A stretch of 64,000 nucleotides of DNA from an uncultured virus (IMG/VR IMGVR_UViG_3300046524_000328). Its lineage: Duplodnaviria; Heunggongvirae; Uroviricota; Caudoviricetes. Where the stretch lies: IMG/VR virus record IMGVR_UViG_3300046524_000328; one strand, given 5' to 3'. Position numbers and translations under genes: made by a program. The notes beneath the pieces are model-generated. The model searched no databases, was not told the DNA's origin, and worked only from the letters and a program-made list of their open reading frames with translations. Each line of letters begins with the position of its first letter. Within the stretch, counting starts at the first letter, position 1. Of this stretch, positions 8,703-18,832 are shown one piece after another.

Positions 8703-9477
8703 GCTGACCGAGGCAGGAACGCACGAGAAATCGCGCCGCAGGCGTGACCGCCTGCGCTCCGTTGGGTTGCGTGAGCGGAAGCACAATGACGCCCTCTGCA
8801 TCGAACCACAGGCGGAAAAACTGTCGGTCGGCTTCCATTGCGAGCCGGTATTGCGCGTAGAGCCGGTCAAACGTCGAGCCCGGCAGGCCCGCCATAATCG
8901 GCATGCGCTTCGCGAGCCATTGCATGTACGCGTTGGGGTTCGCGACAGCATCGGGCATGCGCTCGACGTCTGCCACGCGCAGCAGTTGCGCCGACATGCC
9001 GCCTACCAGCCAGTGCATGAGCCCGGTGAGCGTCGTCTCGATGCCCGCCTGCGAGACATACTTGATCGCGCCATGCAAGGCTTCGATGGCTTCCGCCATC
9101 GCGCCGGTGAGCGGGTAGAGCGTCCAGTCGTCGTCGGCCTCGTGAAACGCCGTGCGCACTTCGGGCTCGTGTCCAAGTTCGAGGTAGTCGGAAATGGTCG
9201 ATGCGTCGGTGACGGCGTAGTTGGGCCGGTCCTCGCGGCTGTGCACGTTGTAATGCACGAGCGCGAGCAACCGCTCAGACACCGTCCACGCGCGCGGGTC
9301 TCCAACGTGCCCGGCAGTCGGCACACCCGCATGCTCGACCGCGCGCCGCAGGTATTCCGTCATGGTCTGCTCGTGCGCCGTTTCAGGCGTCAGACACAAC
9401 GCCATTTCATCGCCGAAAGAGAGTTCGCGCAGCCGCACGTCCAGACGCGCGGTGCTCAGGGGCTTAAAGGAAATCAT
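8674..9477 (-). CDS. putative tail/baseplate hub assembly chaperone
   Basis: Position in the capsid-sheath operon; ATGA coupling; function inferred. Confidence 0.5.
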   Translation of the reverse strand: MISFKPLSTARLDVRLRELSFGDEMALCLTPETAHEQTMTEYLRRAVEHAGVPTAGHVGDPRAWTVSERLLALVHYNVHSREDRPNYAVTDASTISDYLELGHEPEVRTAFHEADDDWTLYPLTGAMAEAIEALHGAIKYVSQAGIETTLTGLMHWLVGGMSAQLLRVADVERMPDAVANPNAYMQWLAKRMPIMAGLPGSTFDRLYAQYRLAMEADRQFFRLWFDAEGVIVLPLTQPNGAQAVTPAARFLVRSCLGQLALNVSGKS

Positions 9478-10313
9478 TTGTTGTACCAGTTCGCAATGTC
9501 GCGCCGGTCAATCGCGTTGAGCGTCGCAACGGTCAATTGCACGGCGACACGCAACACCTCACCCGCGCTCGAACGCGGCACCGTGATGGGCTTCGACATG
9601 CTCTCAATCACGATAGGAAGGATGGTTTGATCGCCGTATTTCATCGCGAGCAGTTGCGGCGCGACGGACGGATAGATGGTTTCGAGCGGGCTCTGCGTGA
9701 GGCCGTTTTGCAGCGCGCCCGCGATGACGCCCTGATCGGCGAGAAACGACGGCACGGCCCACTGTTCGAGCTGCGTCAGCGGATCGCGCACTTCGCTTTG
9801 CGCGTCCGTGAGCGCACGAAAATGCGCGGTAAAGCTGAACTTGACGGGCGGCATACCCGAAAATACCTGCGTCGAATTGAGCTTCGTGATACCGGTGCGA
9901 CCGGTCACGTCGCGCAGCGCCTTGCCGACGTCGGTCTGGCCGACAGAGTCGCCGAGCAGGGCCGTCAGGTCCGGCGTGAGCGTGCCCGTTTGCAGCATGC
10001 TCGACAGGGTCGGGATTTTCGACTCAGCACCCGCGCCCTCAAACGGACTATTCCAGTTGAACGACATTTCCTGCGAGCCGTCCGTAATCGGCGTGTGCAC
10101 TTCATAGCCGTCATCCACCACGAAGCTGTCAGCGCTCGACACCGTGCGCTTGTCGAAACTCTGCTCCCACCCCTGGCCGGATGAGGCCCGTTTGACCGGG
10201 TAGAACCTTGCGATCAGCGCAGGGTTGAGCCCGTCCCACTTCGAGGAAAGAACCTTGAACGTCGACTGTTGACCGCTGGAGACAGCGGCGGGCGAGGCGT
10301 CATTGAACGACAC
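9474..10313 (-). CDS. tail-tube-like baseplate protein
   Basis: FSFTAHFRA, PIVIESMSKPI and VAVQLTVAT pattern of tube-initiator proteins; synteny. Confidence 0.55.
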   Translation of the reverse strand: MSFNDASPAAVSSGQQSTFKVLSSKWDGLNPALIARFYPVKRASSGQGWEQSFDKRTVSSADSFVVDDGYEVHTPITDGSQEMSFNWNSPFEGAGAESKIPTLSSMLQTGTLTPDLTALLGDSVGQTDVGKALRDVTGRTGITKLNSTQVFSGMPPVKFSFTAHFRALTDAQSEVRDPLTQLEQWAVPSFLADQGVIAGALQNGLTQSPLETIYPSVAPQLLAMKYGDQTILPIVIESMSKPITVPRSSAGEVLRVAVQLTVATLNAIDRRDIANWYNK

Positions 10314-10393
10314 GAGAGCGTTTCCGGTAGGAGAGGGGAGAGAGCCGCCCCGCCACAGGCGGGACGGCGGCTCAGGTGCGGCTCAGACCGTCT

Positions 10394-11134
10394 TTACAGA
10401 CCGGCTTTCGAGCGCATGCGCATCGACTTCATGCGCTTGATGGTGGCCGATGCCGAGTGCGACTTGCGCAGCATCTTTTTCACGGCGATTTTTTGCTTTG
10501 CCGACAGACGCACCGTGCCGGAAACCCGCTTGTTGATGCGGATTTTGTGGCCGTTGCGAACCGCGACCTTCTTTTTGTACGCCGCGTCGAAAATGACTTC
10601 GCCCGCGCTGTCGAACAGGGCCGTTTGCGCTTCGTCGTCGAACGCGAACGCGTCGACGTCGTCGGCCGCTGCGTCGTCTTCCGACGGCAGCGAGTCGGAG
10701 AGCAGGTCTTTCACGCGTGCCGCTGCGTCGACGTCGCCGTTGTCGAGCAATGCCTCGCAATCTTCATCGGAGACGCCCTTGCTTGCGAGGTAGTCCCAGA
10801 TATAGTCGAGCAGCACAGACGCGACCTGCGCTTCGTCATCGCTGATTTCGCCGTCCTTGTCGACGTCGATTGCACCGATGACCAGCATAAGCAGACGGTC
10901 GGCGAGGTTTTCATCGTCGCCGAGCGAGTCGGCATCGGTGGCCGCCCACGTCTGCACGATGTTGGCGGCCTTGACGCGCAGGTCCGTCGACGCGTAACCG
11001 GCCGGGTCTGCCGTCGAGTCGTCGCCCGTGTCATCGAACACGGTTGTACGCGATGCGGGCGCGGGCTTCGCGACGGGCGTCAGCACCGTGCGCAGCAGTT
11101 CCGAGGCCGGATGAATGTTGTTCAGGTTGCTCAT
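10394..11134 (-). CDS. P1 gp21-like morphogenetic protein (acidic body, very basic C-terminus)
   Basis: Directly downstream of the sheath as in the P1 23-22-21 order; KKKVAVRNG...RLSAKQKIAVKK. Confidence 0.55.
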   Translation of the reverse strand: MSNLNNIHPASELLRTVLTPVAKPAPASRTTVFDDTGDDSTADPAGYASTDLRVKAANIVQTWAATDADSLGDDENLADRLLMLVIGAIDVDKDGEISDDEAQVASVLLDYIWDYLASKGVSDEDCEALLDNGDVDAAARVKDLLSDSLPSEDDAAADDVDAFAFDDEAQTALFDSAGEVIFDAAYKKKVAVRNGHKIRINKRVSGTVRLSAKQKIAVKKMLRKSHSASATIKRMKSMRMRSKAGL

Positions 11135-11142
11135 GATTTCCT

Positions 11143-12771
11143 TTACGGTTTGACGGTTTGCGTGATGTAGACCGCGCGAGCGACGCCGTCGTAATGCAGG
11201 CCGTAGGTCACGTCCATGCGGTCGGCCGGGCGTTGCGCGTTGCGGGTGACGGTGAACACATAGCCCTTGTCGCCCAGTGCGTCATCCGTCGATGCGACCA
11301 GCCAGCCGGTATGGCGCGCGCCATCGAAAAGGACTTCGAGGAACTTTTCCATGAGGCCAATCGCAACGCCCATCGGCTTTTGAAGCGCTTCCTTGCCGAA
11401 CTTCGACACCATGTCGTCAATCGATCCCGCCATTCCGGCAGCGGAGATCAGTTTCAGATAGCCGTTGGTCTTCTTCGCGGTGATCGAGTCGGTGAACACG
11501 TAACGGCCGCCGCTGTTGTACTTCTCGTACAGAACTGGATTGCAGCCCGCCGCCGCGAGGTCGCTTTTCTCGGTGATGTCGTCGGGCGTCGTGATCTGCT
11601 TGACGCCGGTACGCGGCAGCGCGAAGTCCTTGCCCGCGATAGGGAAGTTCTTAGGCGCGAGGCCATATGCGTTGGTCTGCGCGTTGCGCGCGCAGCGCAG
11701 GCCCGCTTGCAGGCCGCCAGTACCGATGATCGCCTTGCCGCCATTGACGGGATCATCCGTCTGCAACGGTGCCCAATAGATACTCACATACTCGGTATCG
11801 AGGCCAAGTTGCGTAATGAACGTTTCAGCGGCTGCAACCGTCAGGCCGCCCGGCACGTCGATGACGAAATCACGGTTTGCGCGCACGTTGAGCGCGACCT
11901 GCTTCGCGAGCAGCGCAACCGCCTGAGAACCGCCGCTAATCATGCAGCCGTAGTCGAGCGTCGATTTTTCGAGCGCAGCAATGACGCGGTCGTAATCGTC
12001 GTTCGCGTAGCCGGTGCCGCCTTCCGTGAACAGGGTCATCACGCCGCTCGTTGCGACCTTCTGCGTCCCGTCGGTGGCACGGCCATAGCAGTCGGCGAGC
12101 GCCGGAATACTGACGTTCGCGTAGGCCGTGAGTTCGATGAGGTCGGTCTGTTGCGCGAGCAGCGAGCCAATGAAGTAATCGTTGCCGTACTCATCGGTTG
12201 CCGCCGGGTCGAGCGAGCCGGTCTGCTGAAAGCGGATAGTCGTGCCGTCCGGGTCCAGAATCGTGAGCGTGATTTCCTTGTTCGCGGTGACCGCGCCTGC
12301 CGCGTCCGTCTTCTTTGCTGCGCTGACGGTGTAGATCGAACCGTCGTTGTAGCATTCGAGGTCTTTCAGCGCGAAAACATACGGGTCCGTCGGCAGGTCT
12401 GCCGAGGCCGCGAACGTCGATGCGCCCGTCTGCGCGTTGAGGCTGTAGACGAGATAGTTGTTGCTCGAACTGGCAGGCGTCAGGCGGCTCACGACGGCAT
12501 TGCGCGCGCCGTTGTTGACGGCCTCATACACCTGCACGTAGCACTCGTTGAGTGCCGATACGCGCAGCGATTCCGCCTTGCCGAGCTTACGCTTGATGTT
12601 GCCGCGATCCACCATGAAAGGCGCGTCGATCCGGCCGCGCTTGAAACGGCCGATAGCCGCCACGACCTGATCGCTCAGGTCGGTAACGAAACCGTCGGTT
12701 TCATCACGCTTCGGATTCAGTTGCACGCCCGGCTGTGCGCCGAGCGAGCGGGTGTGCGGGTAAAAAGACAT
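11143..12771 (-). CDS. tail sheath protein (P1 gp22-like)
   Basis: 542 aa; GRFKRGRIDAPF N-terminus and sheath-like C-terminus; downstream of the capsid gene. Confidence 0.75.
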   Translation of the reverse strand: MSFYPHTRSLGAQPGVQLNPKRDETDGFVTDLSDQVVAAIGRFKRGRIDAPFMVDRGNIKRKLGKAESLRVSALNECYVQVYEAVNNGARNAVVSRLTPASSSNNYLVYSLNAQTGASTFAASADLPTDPYVFALKDLECYNDGSIYTVSAAKKTDAAGAVTANKEITLTILDPDGTTIRFQQTGSLDPAATDEYGNDYFIGSLLAQQTDLIELTAYANVSIPALADCYGRATDGTQKVATSGVMTLFTEGGTGYANDDYDRVIAALEKSTLDYGCMISGGSQAVALLAKQVALNVRANRDFVIDVPGGLTVAAAETFITQLGLDTEYVSIYWAPLQTDDPVNGGKAIIGTGGLQAGLRCARNAQTNAYGLAPKNFPIAGKDFALPRTGVKQITTPDDITEKSDLAAAGCNPVLYEKYNSGGRYVFTDSITAKKTNGYLKLISAAGMAGSIDDMVSKFGKEALQKPMGVAIGLMEKFLEVLFDGARHTGWLVASTDDALGDKGYVFTVTRNAQRPADRMDVTYGLHYDGVARAVYITQTVKP

Positions 12772-12808
12772 TGTTTCCCCTTGGTGCGGTTAAACCATCC
12801 GGCCTTGA

Positions 12809-13168
12809 TTAGGCCGTCGCGCCCGATTCGTCGCCCGTCGCCTGCGATGCTTCCGCCGCTTCGTCGTCGCTCAGTTCTTCGATGCGCAGCGCGTGCGTTG
12901 CCGGGTCCGCGCCTTCCTTGGGCTTGTAGTGATCGCTCACGCCGAGCAGGTGCAGGCAGTCCTCTTTGTCGCGCGTGAGCGCATCAGCATCCTGAATGGG
13001 ATGCTCTGCCGTCGAACTGGGCGCGACATACGTGCCGCCAATCACCCACGGCCGGGCCGTGTTGTTGACGATCTGCATCTTGCGCGGGAACTTGGTCGTA
13101 TCGACCGCTTCAGCGACGGCCGTTGCGACGGCCTTTTTCGTTGCTGCACTCTTGGTGTTCGTTGCCAC
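12809..13168 (-). CDS. small virion-associated protein
   Basis: GTG start with AAGGA SD; between capsid and sheath. Confidence 0.5.
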   Translation of the reverse strand: MATNTKSAATKKAVATAVAEAVDTTKFPRKMQIVNNTARPWVIGGTYVAPSSTAEHPIQDADALTRDKEDCLHLLGVSDHYKPKEGADPATHALRIEELSDDEAAEASQATGDESGATA

Positions 13169-13269
13169 GGTGTTTCCTTGTCGGAGCAGGTTGGGAAACG
13201 GCGGCACCCGCTAAATTAGCCAGGTGCCGCCGTCAAGCGCCCCGCGCACGCCGCGCGAGGCGTGCGGGC

Positions 13270-14934
13270 TTACTTCAGGTTGGTAACCGTGATGAGAGCC
13301 GCGCCCTTGGTGGACATTTGGTGCGGGTTGACCGCGTTGAACGAACGCGAGGTGAAGCCGTAGCCAGACTTCAGCGCTTCCGTCACGCCCAGTTGCTCGA
13401 ACATCGGTGCCTGCGCGTCGCCCATGATGATCGGGCAGCGTGCCGTCTGAGTCGAACGACCCACGCACAGGATTTCCGCCGTCTTGCCGTCGGCCGATTC
13501 GTTGACGACCTTCGGCGAGTAGTACACCTCGAACTGGCCGAACAGGCGGCCCACGCGGTAGATACCCGGACGGTCCACGATGCCCGACGAAACGAACAAT
13601 TCCTGCGGCATCGAGCGGAACTGAGCCGCAACTGACTTCGTCACGTACAGGTGCGTCACGCCGTGATCTGCCGTGTCTTCAGCCATCTGCTGCGACACGA
13701 GGCCGAGCACTGCGGCGAAGTCTTGCCAGATTTGCGCCCGGACCTTCTGCTGAATCTGCACGCTGTACTGGAAATCGAACCCCTGCGTGTTCTGGAAAGC
13801 GCCGATCATCTTCGCTTTCTTCAGCGCGTCGTAATGACGCTCCATCGCGAACTGGCCGCGCACCGTCAGCATCGCTTCCGCACCGGCATCGACGCCGACT
13901 TCGTTCGCGAACTGCGAGCGCGCTTCCGGCGTGACTTGGTACAGCGCACGGTACGGGGCGGCGAACAGTTGGAACATCTGCGCCTGCACCTGCATGCGCG
14001 GCGTAACGCTTGCGTCCGCTTCGTAGTCCAGGAACGATTCAGCCGTAACCGCCGTGCCAGCCGGGAAAGCAGGCGTCGGCGTGACGGTCACCTCACCCGT
14101 ACCCGGTTTGACCGTACCTGTCAGGTTGTAGTCGACGCCCGCGAGGTTGATCGAGCCCACGACGGGAACCGATGCAGCCGTGCTCGGGCCGTTCGCGACT
14201 TCCGTTGCAGCCACGAGGCCGTTGACGTAGATGATCGAACGGCCGCGCAGCAGAATGTTCGCGTTGCCGCCAGCAGCTTGCGCGGTGAACACAAAGTGAT
14301 AGTCGGTGTTGCCTGCGCCTGCATTCGGCGCGGTGAGCGTCGACATGCGCGAGGACGCGAGATACGAGCCGCCCTGCTTGATACCGTCCATCAGGTCGCC
14401 CTGGCTGTAATCGCCAAAGTTCGAACCTGCCTGGTGCGTCACGATGATGAGGCGCGCCTCGTTCGAGCCGCGATCCGCAGGCAGGTAGCCTGCGAACGGG
14501 CACGCTTCAGCGAGCGCGCCGAGAATCGCCACGACCGGGTTGTTCGGTGCGAGCGAAATCTGATCGTGATGGTTGTTGGTCGCCGAGTCGAGCAGCGTAT
14601 CGGCTTGATGCAGCGCCGTCAGGATGATGTCGCCCGACGGCAGAAAGCCGTGCTGACGCTCATACGCGCGAACGCCGTCGAACAGCGCTTTCACGAGCTT
14701 GTTTTCGCCGTCGGCTTCCTGCACCTTGCCGAGCACTTCATTCAGGATGGCCGGGGTGCTGCCGCTTTCGTCGGCGAGTGCGGTCTGTGCGTGCGATGCA
14801 GCCGATGCCGAATCGAACATCGTCGTGTTGCTTGCGCCGGCGTTCGCCTGCACGTTGGAAACGGTGCCGTGAACGAAGCGCTCGATTTCCGTCTGGTCTT
14901 TCAGATTGAATTTGGTCGGTTGAGTTCCGCTCAT
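13270..14934 (-). CDS. major capsid protein (P1 gp23-like)
   Basis: 554 aa; highly biased codons; GIYRVGRLFGQFEVYYSP; own late promoter; synteny. Confidence 0.75.
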   Translation of the reverse strand: MSGTQPTKFNLKDQTEIERFVHGTVSNVQANAGASNTTMFDSASAASHAQTALADESGSTPAILNEVLGKVQEADGENKLVKALFDGVRAYERQHGFLPSGDIILTALHQADTLLDSATNNHHDQISLAPNNPVVAILGALAEACPFAGYLPADRGSNEARLIIVTHQAGSNFGDYSQGDLMDGIKQGGSYLASSRMSTLTAPNAGAGNTDYHFVFTAQAAGGNANILLRGRSIIYVNGLVAATEVANGPSTAASVPVVGSINLAGVDYNLTGTVKPGTGEVTVTPTPAFPAGTAVTAESFLDYEADASVTPRMQVQAQMFQLFAAPYRALYQVTPEARSQFANEVGVDAGAEAMLTVRGQFAMERHYDALKKAKMIGAFQNTQGFDFQYSVQIQQKVRAQIWQDFAAVLGLVSQQMAEDTADHGVTHLYVTKSVAAQFRSMPQELFVSSGIVDRPGIYRVGRLFGQFEVYYSPKVVNESADGKTAEILCVGRSTQTARCPIIMGDAQAPMFEQLGVTEALKSGYGFTSRSFNAVNPHQMSTKGAALITVTNLK

Positions 14935-14997
14935 GTCTAACCCAAGAAAGTTGGTTATTCAAACAAGAGCAAGGGAACTTGCTCTGATCGAGTTTTC

Positions 14998-15040
14998 ATT
15001 GTCAGAGCGAAAATTCAGGTGTCCGTGTCGAGTTTTCCTA
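14998..15040 (-). promoter_or_regulatory. candidate late promoter TAGGAAAA-N29-GACAAT (capsid operon)
   Basis: Member of a 7-site family with a fixed 29-nt spacer. Confidence 0.75.
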
Positions 15041-15079
15041 ATTCACGGACACCCGTCAAAACCAGCCGGGGCGAGCCTC

Positions 15080-15568
15080 TCAGACCGCGCCGAGTTGCGC
15101 TTTCAACGTGTCGCGCTTCGTCGTCGCTTCAGCGATTTGCGTGTTGAGCGCGGAGACTTTCTCTTGCAACACGGCTTCGACCTTCGGCGCGGCCGTGCGG
15201 ATCGTGCCGGGCAGGGCGACTTTCTGGCGCGCCAGCTTCTGTTGGAACTTAGCGCGACCCTTGTCCATCGCCGCAACGATTTCCTTGATCGCGGCGGCGT
15301 GATCGTCGGGGTTCTTCAGCGGCAGCGATTGCCCATTGAGCCTGATCTGCGCGACGTCGCCGGAAGCATTCACGCCAAAGCGCACCTGTTGCGAGTCGGA
15401 GAACCCGAACTGCACTTCGCGATACTCGACGCCAAGCGTCTTTTTCGTTTTCGCGTCGACGTCTACGGTCGCGACTGTCGCACCGGCGCGAGCGAACGCG
15501 CGCACCGCGTCTTTGATGGCCTTGTCTTTGTGGGAGAGGTTGTAAATGTCGAAAATCAGGTTTTTCAT
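15080..15568 (-). CDS. Hdf-like / DarA N-terminal-domain protein
   Basis: FGFSDSQQV and QIRLNGQSLPL, then ARQKV and a coiled coil; resembles the FELSDGQTV region of the DarA-like protein. Confidence 0.65.
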   Translation of the reverse strand: MKNLIFDIYNLSHKDKAIKDAVRAFARAGATVATVDVDAKTKKTLGVEYREVQFGFSDSQQVRFGVNASGDVAQIRLNGQSLPLKNPDDHAAAIKEIVAAMDKGRAKFQQKLARQKVALPGTIRTAAPKVEAVLQEKVSALNTQIAEATTKRDTLKAQLGAV

Positions 15569-15575
15569 GGTTGCC

Positions 15576-16187
15576 TTATGACTTGATCGGTGCGCCTGTC
15601 GTTGAGCCCGTTTCAGGGTGCTTGTGGCCGCTCACGCTCACGCCGTTGGCCGTCACGTCGTCACTGAACGATGCGCCGCCCTGCACGGTGATTGCCTTGC
15701 CGCCGCTGGCACCCGCCTTGCCCGTCATGCCGCCGTTAAACGTGAGCAGGCCGCCGACCGTGAGGTTGCCGCTCACATTGGTATCGGTGCTGTCTACGTT
15801 GGTTGTCGTCGCCTCTACGTGCACGGTTTCCCCCTTCACATGCACGAGCGTATTGGCGATAACCTCAAACGTGTTGTCAGCGTTGAACTGAAAGTTTGCT
15901 TGGAAGAAACGCCGCCAGTCGATGCCGTTTTCCTGATTCTTTGGCCGGAAACCGACGATGACCGGAAAGCGCGTGTCGCCCGCCTCGAACGCAATCCAGA
16001 CGCGATCCCCCGCCTTGATGCGGATTTCGGTTTCCTCGCTGTTGTCGCCGATGGGGTTGCACAGTTGCGCGAGCGGCATTACGGCCGCGCCGTCGGTGAG
16101 GCCCGGAATACTGATCCGGTATTGCCTTTCCTCACGGCCGTCGTCGCTGACGGATGCAATGACAGCAGGCAGCAGGCCGCCAATCAT
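15576..16187 (-). CDS. baseplate spike protein (gp5/gpV-like)
   Basis: OB-fold GDRVWIAFEAGDTRFPVIVG, beta-helix repeats and a C-terminal HKH metal tip. Confidence 0.85.
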   Translation of the reverse strand: MIGGLLPAVIASVSDDGREERQYRISIPGLTDGAAVMPLAQLCNPIGDNSEETEIRIKAGDRVWIAFEAGDTRFPVIVGFRPKNQENGIDWRRFFQANFQFNADNTFEVIANTLVHVKGETVHVEATTTNVDSTDTNVSGNLTVGGLLTFNGGMTGKAGASGGKAITVQGGASFSDDVTANGVSVSGHKHPETGSTTGAPIKS

Positions 16188-17062
16188 GAAAGCCCCCCAA
16201 GCCATACGCGGGTGTACTGTTGTTGGGCGTCGCCGCCCGTCCCGTTTTTCATCACCTGCGCGACGGTCATCACCACAAGGGGCGTACCGCGCACCGTGAC
16301 GACGTCACCGGCGCGAATAGTGGGGCGCACCTTGCCGGTGATGACCTTGCGCCGCACGAGCACGCGGCCCATCGCGTTGAGGGCGCGCTCGCTCTTGCGC
16401 GGCGTATATTCCGAACGTTGCCAGGCGTTCTTGCGCGGTCCAGAAACAAACGAGCCGTCAGCCCCGATGGAGTAATAGACGGGCACCTCATCGGCAACGA
16501 TGAACTCGCTTTGCACGCCCTCTGATTCCGCGCCGTCAACCGCATCGACGGGCACCTGCGCCACGAGGTCGCGCAGTGCCATCGACTGAAGCGTCCCCTT
16601 GCGCCACATCACGACGGCCGATTCCTCTTGCAGCACTCGGGAAAGGCCGAATGTCGGAATGTTGCCGATGAGGCAGGCGAACGCGCTCACCGGCAGGTCA
16701 CCCTTAATGGGGACATTCGCGCCGCACGCGCGGTAGATCGCGGCGAGACTCGTGTTCTCGAAAATCACGGCCGACGAACGCGGGCGCGCGACGTCGGCAA
16801 TGTCATCGGGATAGGCCGTGATCGACACTGCGTTGATCGGCTCTTTGCCTTGCGGGCCGCCGCCGACGTTCTGCACCGGTTCCGTATGGATGATGCGAAA
16901 CGAGGTCGAATTGACCGTAATGACGGCGTTGTCCCTGAACGTAGCGGCCGTGTCCTGCGTGACGCGCACCTGCGCCTCGAACGTGTACGGGATAGGCGCG
17001 AGGTCAGAGCGCAGCACGGCCGACAGGATCATGTCGCCGCGCATGTTGGCGACTTCAATCAC
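16184..17062 (-). CDS. baseplate hub protein
   Basis: Immediately upstream of the spike; RPTIRAGDVV C-terminal motif. Confidence 0.6.
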   Translation of the reverse strand: MIEVANMRGDMILSAVLRSDLAPIPYTFEAQVRVTQDTAATFRDNAVITVNSTSFRIIHTEPVQNVGGGPQGKEPINAVSITAYPDDIADVARPRSSAVIFENTSLAAIYRACGANVPIKGDLPVSAFACLIGNIPTFGLSRVLQEESAVVMWRKGTLQSMALRDLVAQVPVDAVDGAESEGVQSEFIVADEVPVYYSIGADGSFVSGPRKNAWQRSEYTPRKSERALNAMGRVLVRRKVITGKVRPTIRAGDVVTVRGTPLVVMTVAQVMKNGTGGDAQQQYTRVWLGGLS

Positions 17063-17292
17063 GCGCGCGCCTCGTGCTCGCGACCCTGCGTGTACCAGCG
17101 ATAGGCCGCGCTATCGACCTCGCCCGCGCAGTTCGCGCACACATAGTGCTGGCGCAACGCCTTGACCGGCCCGGTCGGCGTGAAAACGTGCAAGGTGCAC
17201 GCGTCGAGCCGCGCACGGTTCGCGCGCGCAGATTCGGTGATGGCCGTGATTTCAGCGGCAGAGAGCAGGGGAGTAGCGGTTTTTTGCATCAC
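17059..17292 (-). CDS. small Zn-ribbon protein
   Basis: CTLH and CANC motifs; coupled on both sides by 4-nt overlaps. Confidence 0.5.
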   Translation of the reverse strand: MMQKTATPLLSAAEITAITESARANRARLDACTLHVFTPTGPVKALRQHYVCANCAGEVDSAAYRWYTQGREHEARA

Positions 17293-17786
17293 ACAACTTC
17301 GACGGTTTGAGCGAACGCGAGGCGGGTCAAGTCCTGCGTTTCGTAGGTGCGAATGTCGGCCTCGACCTGATCGACCGTGCGCCCGTATACCTCGACACCA
17401 AGCTGGCGCGATGCTTCGAGCGCGCGCGCGTTTTCACGCTCGACGTAGAGCAGGAATAGCGGGCGGATCACGAACCATTCGCCATCGGTGATTTCCGATT
17501 CTGGCGAGAGCGGCGACGTAGGCGCGGGGTACGATGGCACCGGCGCGGGGCGCGGCGGCGCGTCGTAAATCGTGCCGTTGTAGCCCCATACGACCTGCGC
17601 GGCAGCATCATCGGGCGACTGGCACGGCGGCGGCGGATCGACCATTACGACCGGGTCAACACTCGCGATGTGCGCGTAGCCGAGATAGACGCGCGCAGCG
17701 TTGACGGCCTGCTGATTGTAGGCATCGTCATCGAGCACGATGCCATACGACCAGTAGACGTCTTTCGCGAGTTCGGCGAGCTTCAC
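17289..17786 (-). CDS. head-tail adaptor-like protein (P1 PmgC-like)
   Basis: EWFVIRPLFLLYVERENA; downstream of the tube gene. Confidence 0.5.
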   Translation of the reverse strand: MKLAELAKDVYWSYGIVLDDDAYNQQAVNAARVYLGYAHIASVDPVVMVDPPPPCQSPDDAAAQVVWGYNGTIYDAPPRPAPVPSYPAPTSPLSPESEITDGEWFVIRPLFLLYVERENARALEASRQLGVEVYGRTVDQVEADIRTYETQDLTRLAFAQTVEVV

Positions 17787-17788
17787 GA

Positions 17789-18274
17789 TCAGATGTTCCC
17801 TACGATCTTGTCGCCGGTGTAGGTGAAAAAGATCGTGCCGCTCAGAAGGATTACCTGCGAGCGGTTTTCCCAGTCGCGGTCGACGTCCTCGAACTGAATG
17901 AAACAGTCCGTGATGCGCCAGCCGCGCTTGAACTTCTCCATCGTGCCGTGATAGATATTCGCGTCGAACTTGCCGCCGTTCGCTTGCAGCGACGTGATGA
18001 AATTTTCGACGTGACCGTCTTCGGTTTCGTAAAACGCGATCTGGCCTTGGTGATTGATCTTCGCCTGTTGCGACTGGAACGTTTCCGTACCGAGCGGGCC
18101 GGGCACGGCGATTTCGCCATTCGAGGAAAGGACCGGCTGCGGGAACTGCTTGCAGAGCAGGCGCATGTCCTCATAGCCGACGGGTACAAACATGCCATCG
18201 CTGTTGATGGCCTTGTTGCCCATCGCCTGAACCGCGCCGAGTACCGTTTTAAGGTAATTGCCGGTGTTAACCAT
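17789..18274 (-). CDS. tail tube protein (P1 Tub-like)
   Basis: 161 aa; tube-like beta pattern; own late promoter. Confidence 0.65.
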   Translation of the reverse strand: MVNTGNYLKTVLGAVQAMGNKAINSDGMFVPVGYEDMRLLCKQFPQPVLSSNGEIAVPGPLGTETFQSQQAKINHQGQIAFYETEDGHVENFITSLQANGGKFDANIYHGTMEKFKRGWRITDCFIQFEDVDRDWENRSQVILLSGTIFFTYTGDKIVGNI

Positions 18275-18309
18275 GTGTGTGTCACCTGAAAATGTGGGAG
18301 TGCAGCTTG

Positions 18310-18352
18310 ATTTTCAGGTCGCTTTCTGGCTTGACACGCGCGGCTTTTCCTA
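18310..18352 (-). promoter_or_regulatory. candidate late promoter TAGGAAAA-N29-GAAAAT (tube operon)
   Basis: Family member with exact spacing. Confidence 0.75.
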
Positions 18353-18365
18353 AATCACCGGACGC

Positions 18366-18390
18366 AAAAAAGCCCGCTCGCGGCGGGCTT
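18366..18390 (-). terminator. intrinsic terminator
   Basis: AAGCCCGC...GCGGGCTT stem with a T tract on the minus strand. Confidence 0.75.
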
Positions 18391-18412
18391 GGTGAGGGCG
18401 TTTCAGCCTGGC

Positions 18413-18832
18413 TTACATGCGCTTGAGAACCTGCTCGCGCACGTACTTCATGCGCGGCACGACATAGGCCGGGTCTTGTTCCGGCAGTTCAACGATATGC
18501 GCGCGCGCGAGATTCGCTTTCGCGCGGACCATCACGTCGACCGGCTGAAAATACTGCGACTGGGCGAGCTTGCCATCGTGCTGGAGCATCACCACGCCCG
18601 CCGCTTCGAGCGCCATGCAGTATTCGACCTCGCGCGCCGGGCTCGATACGGAGCCGCTGAAATCGACGCCCGTCGTGCAGAGGTTCGCCTTGGTCGCGAG
18701 CGCGTTTTCACCGCCGCTGCGGTACGTTGCCAGCGCGTCATTGACGGCGCGGTCGAGATTCGCCTGATCGGCGAAAGCGGGCAGAGCGGCGAGCGAGAGC
18801 GCCAGGCCGACCAGCAGTTTTTTGCAGCGCAT
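18413..18832 (-). CDS. exported protein with a signal peptide
   Basis: MRCKKLLVGLALSLAALPAFA; two Cys residues; GGGGA SD. Confidence 0.65.
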   Translation of the reverse strand: MRCKKLLVGLALSLAALPAFADQANLDRAVNDALATYRSGGENALATKANLCTTGVDFSGSVSSPAREVEYCMALEAAGVVMLQHDGKLAQSQYFQPVDVMVRAKANLARAHIVELPEQDPAYVVPRMKYVREQVLKRM

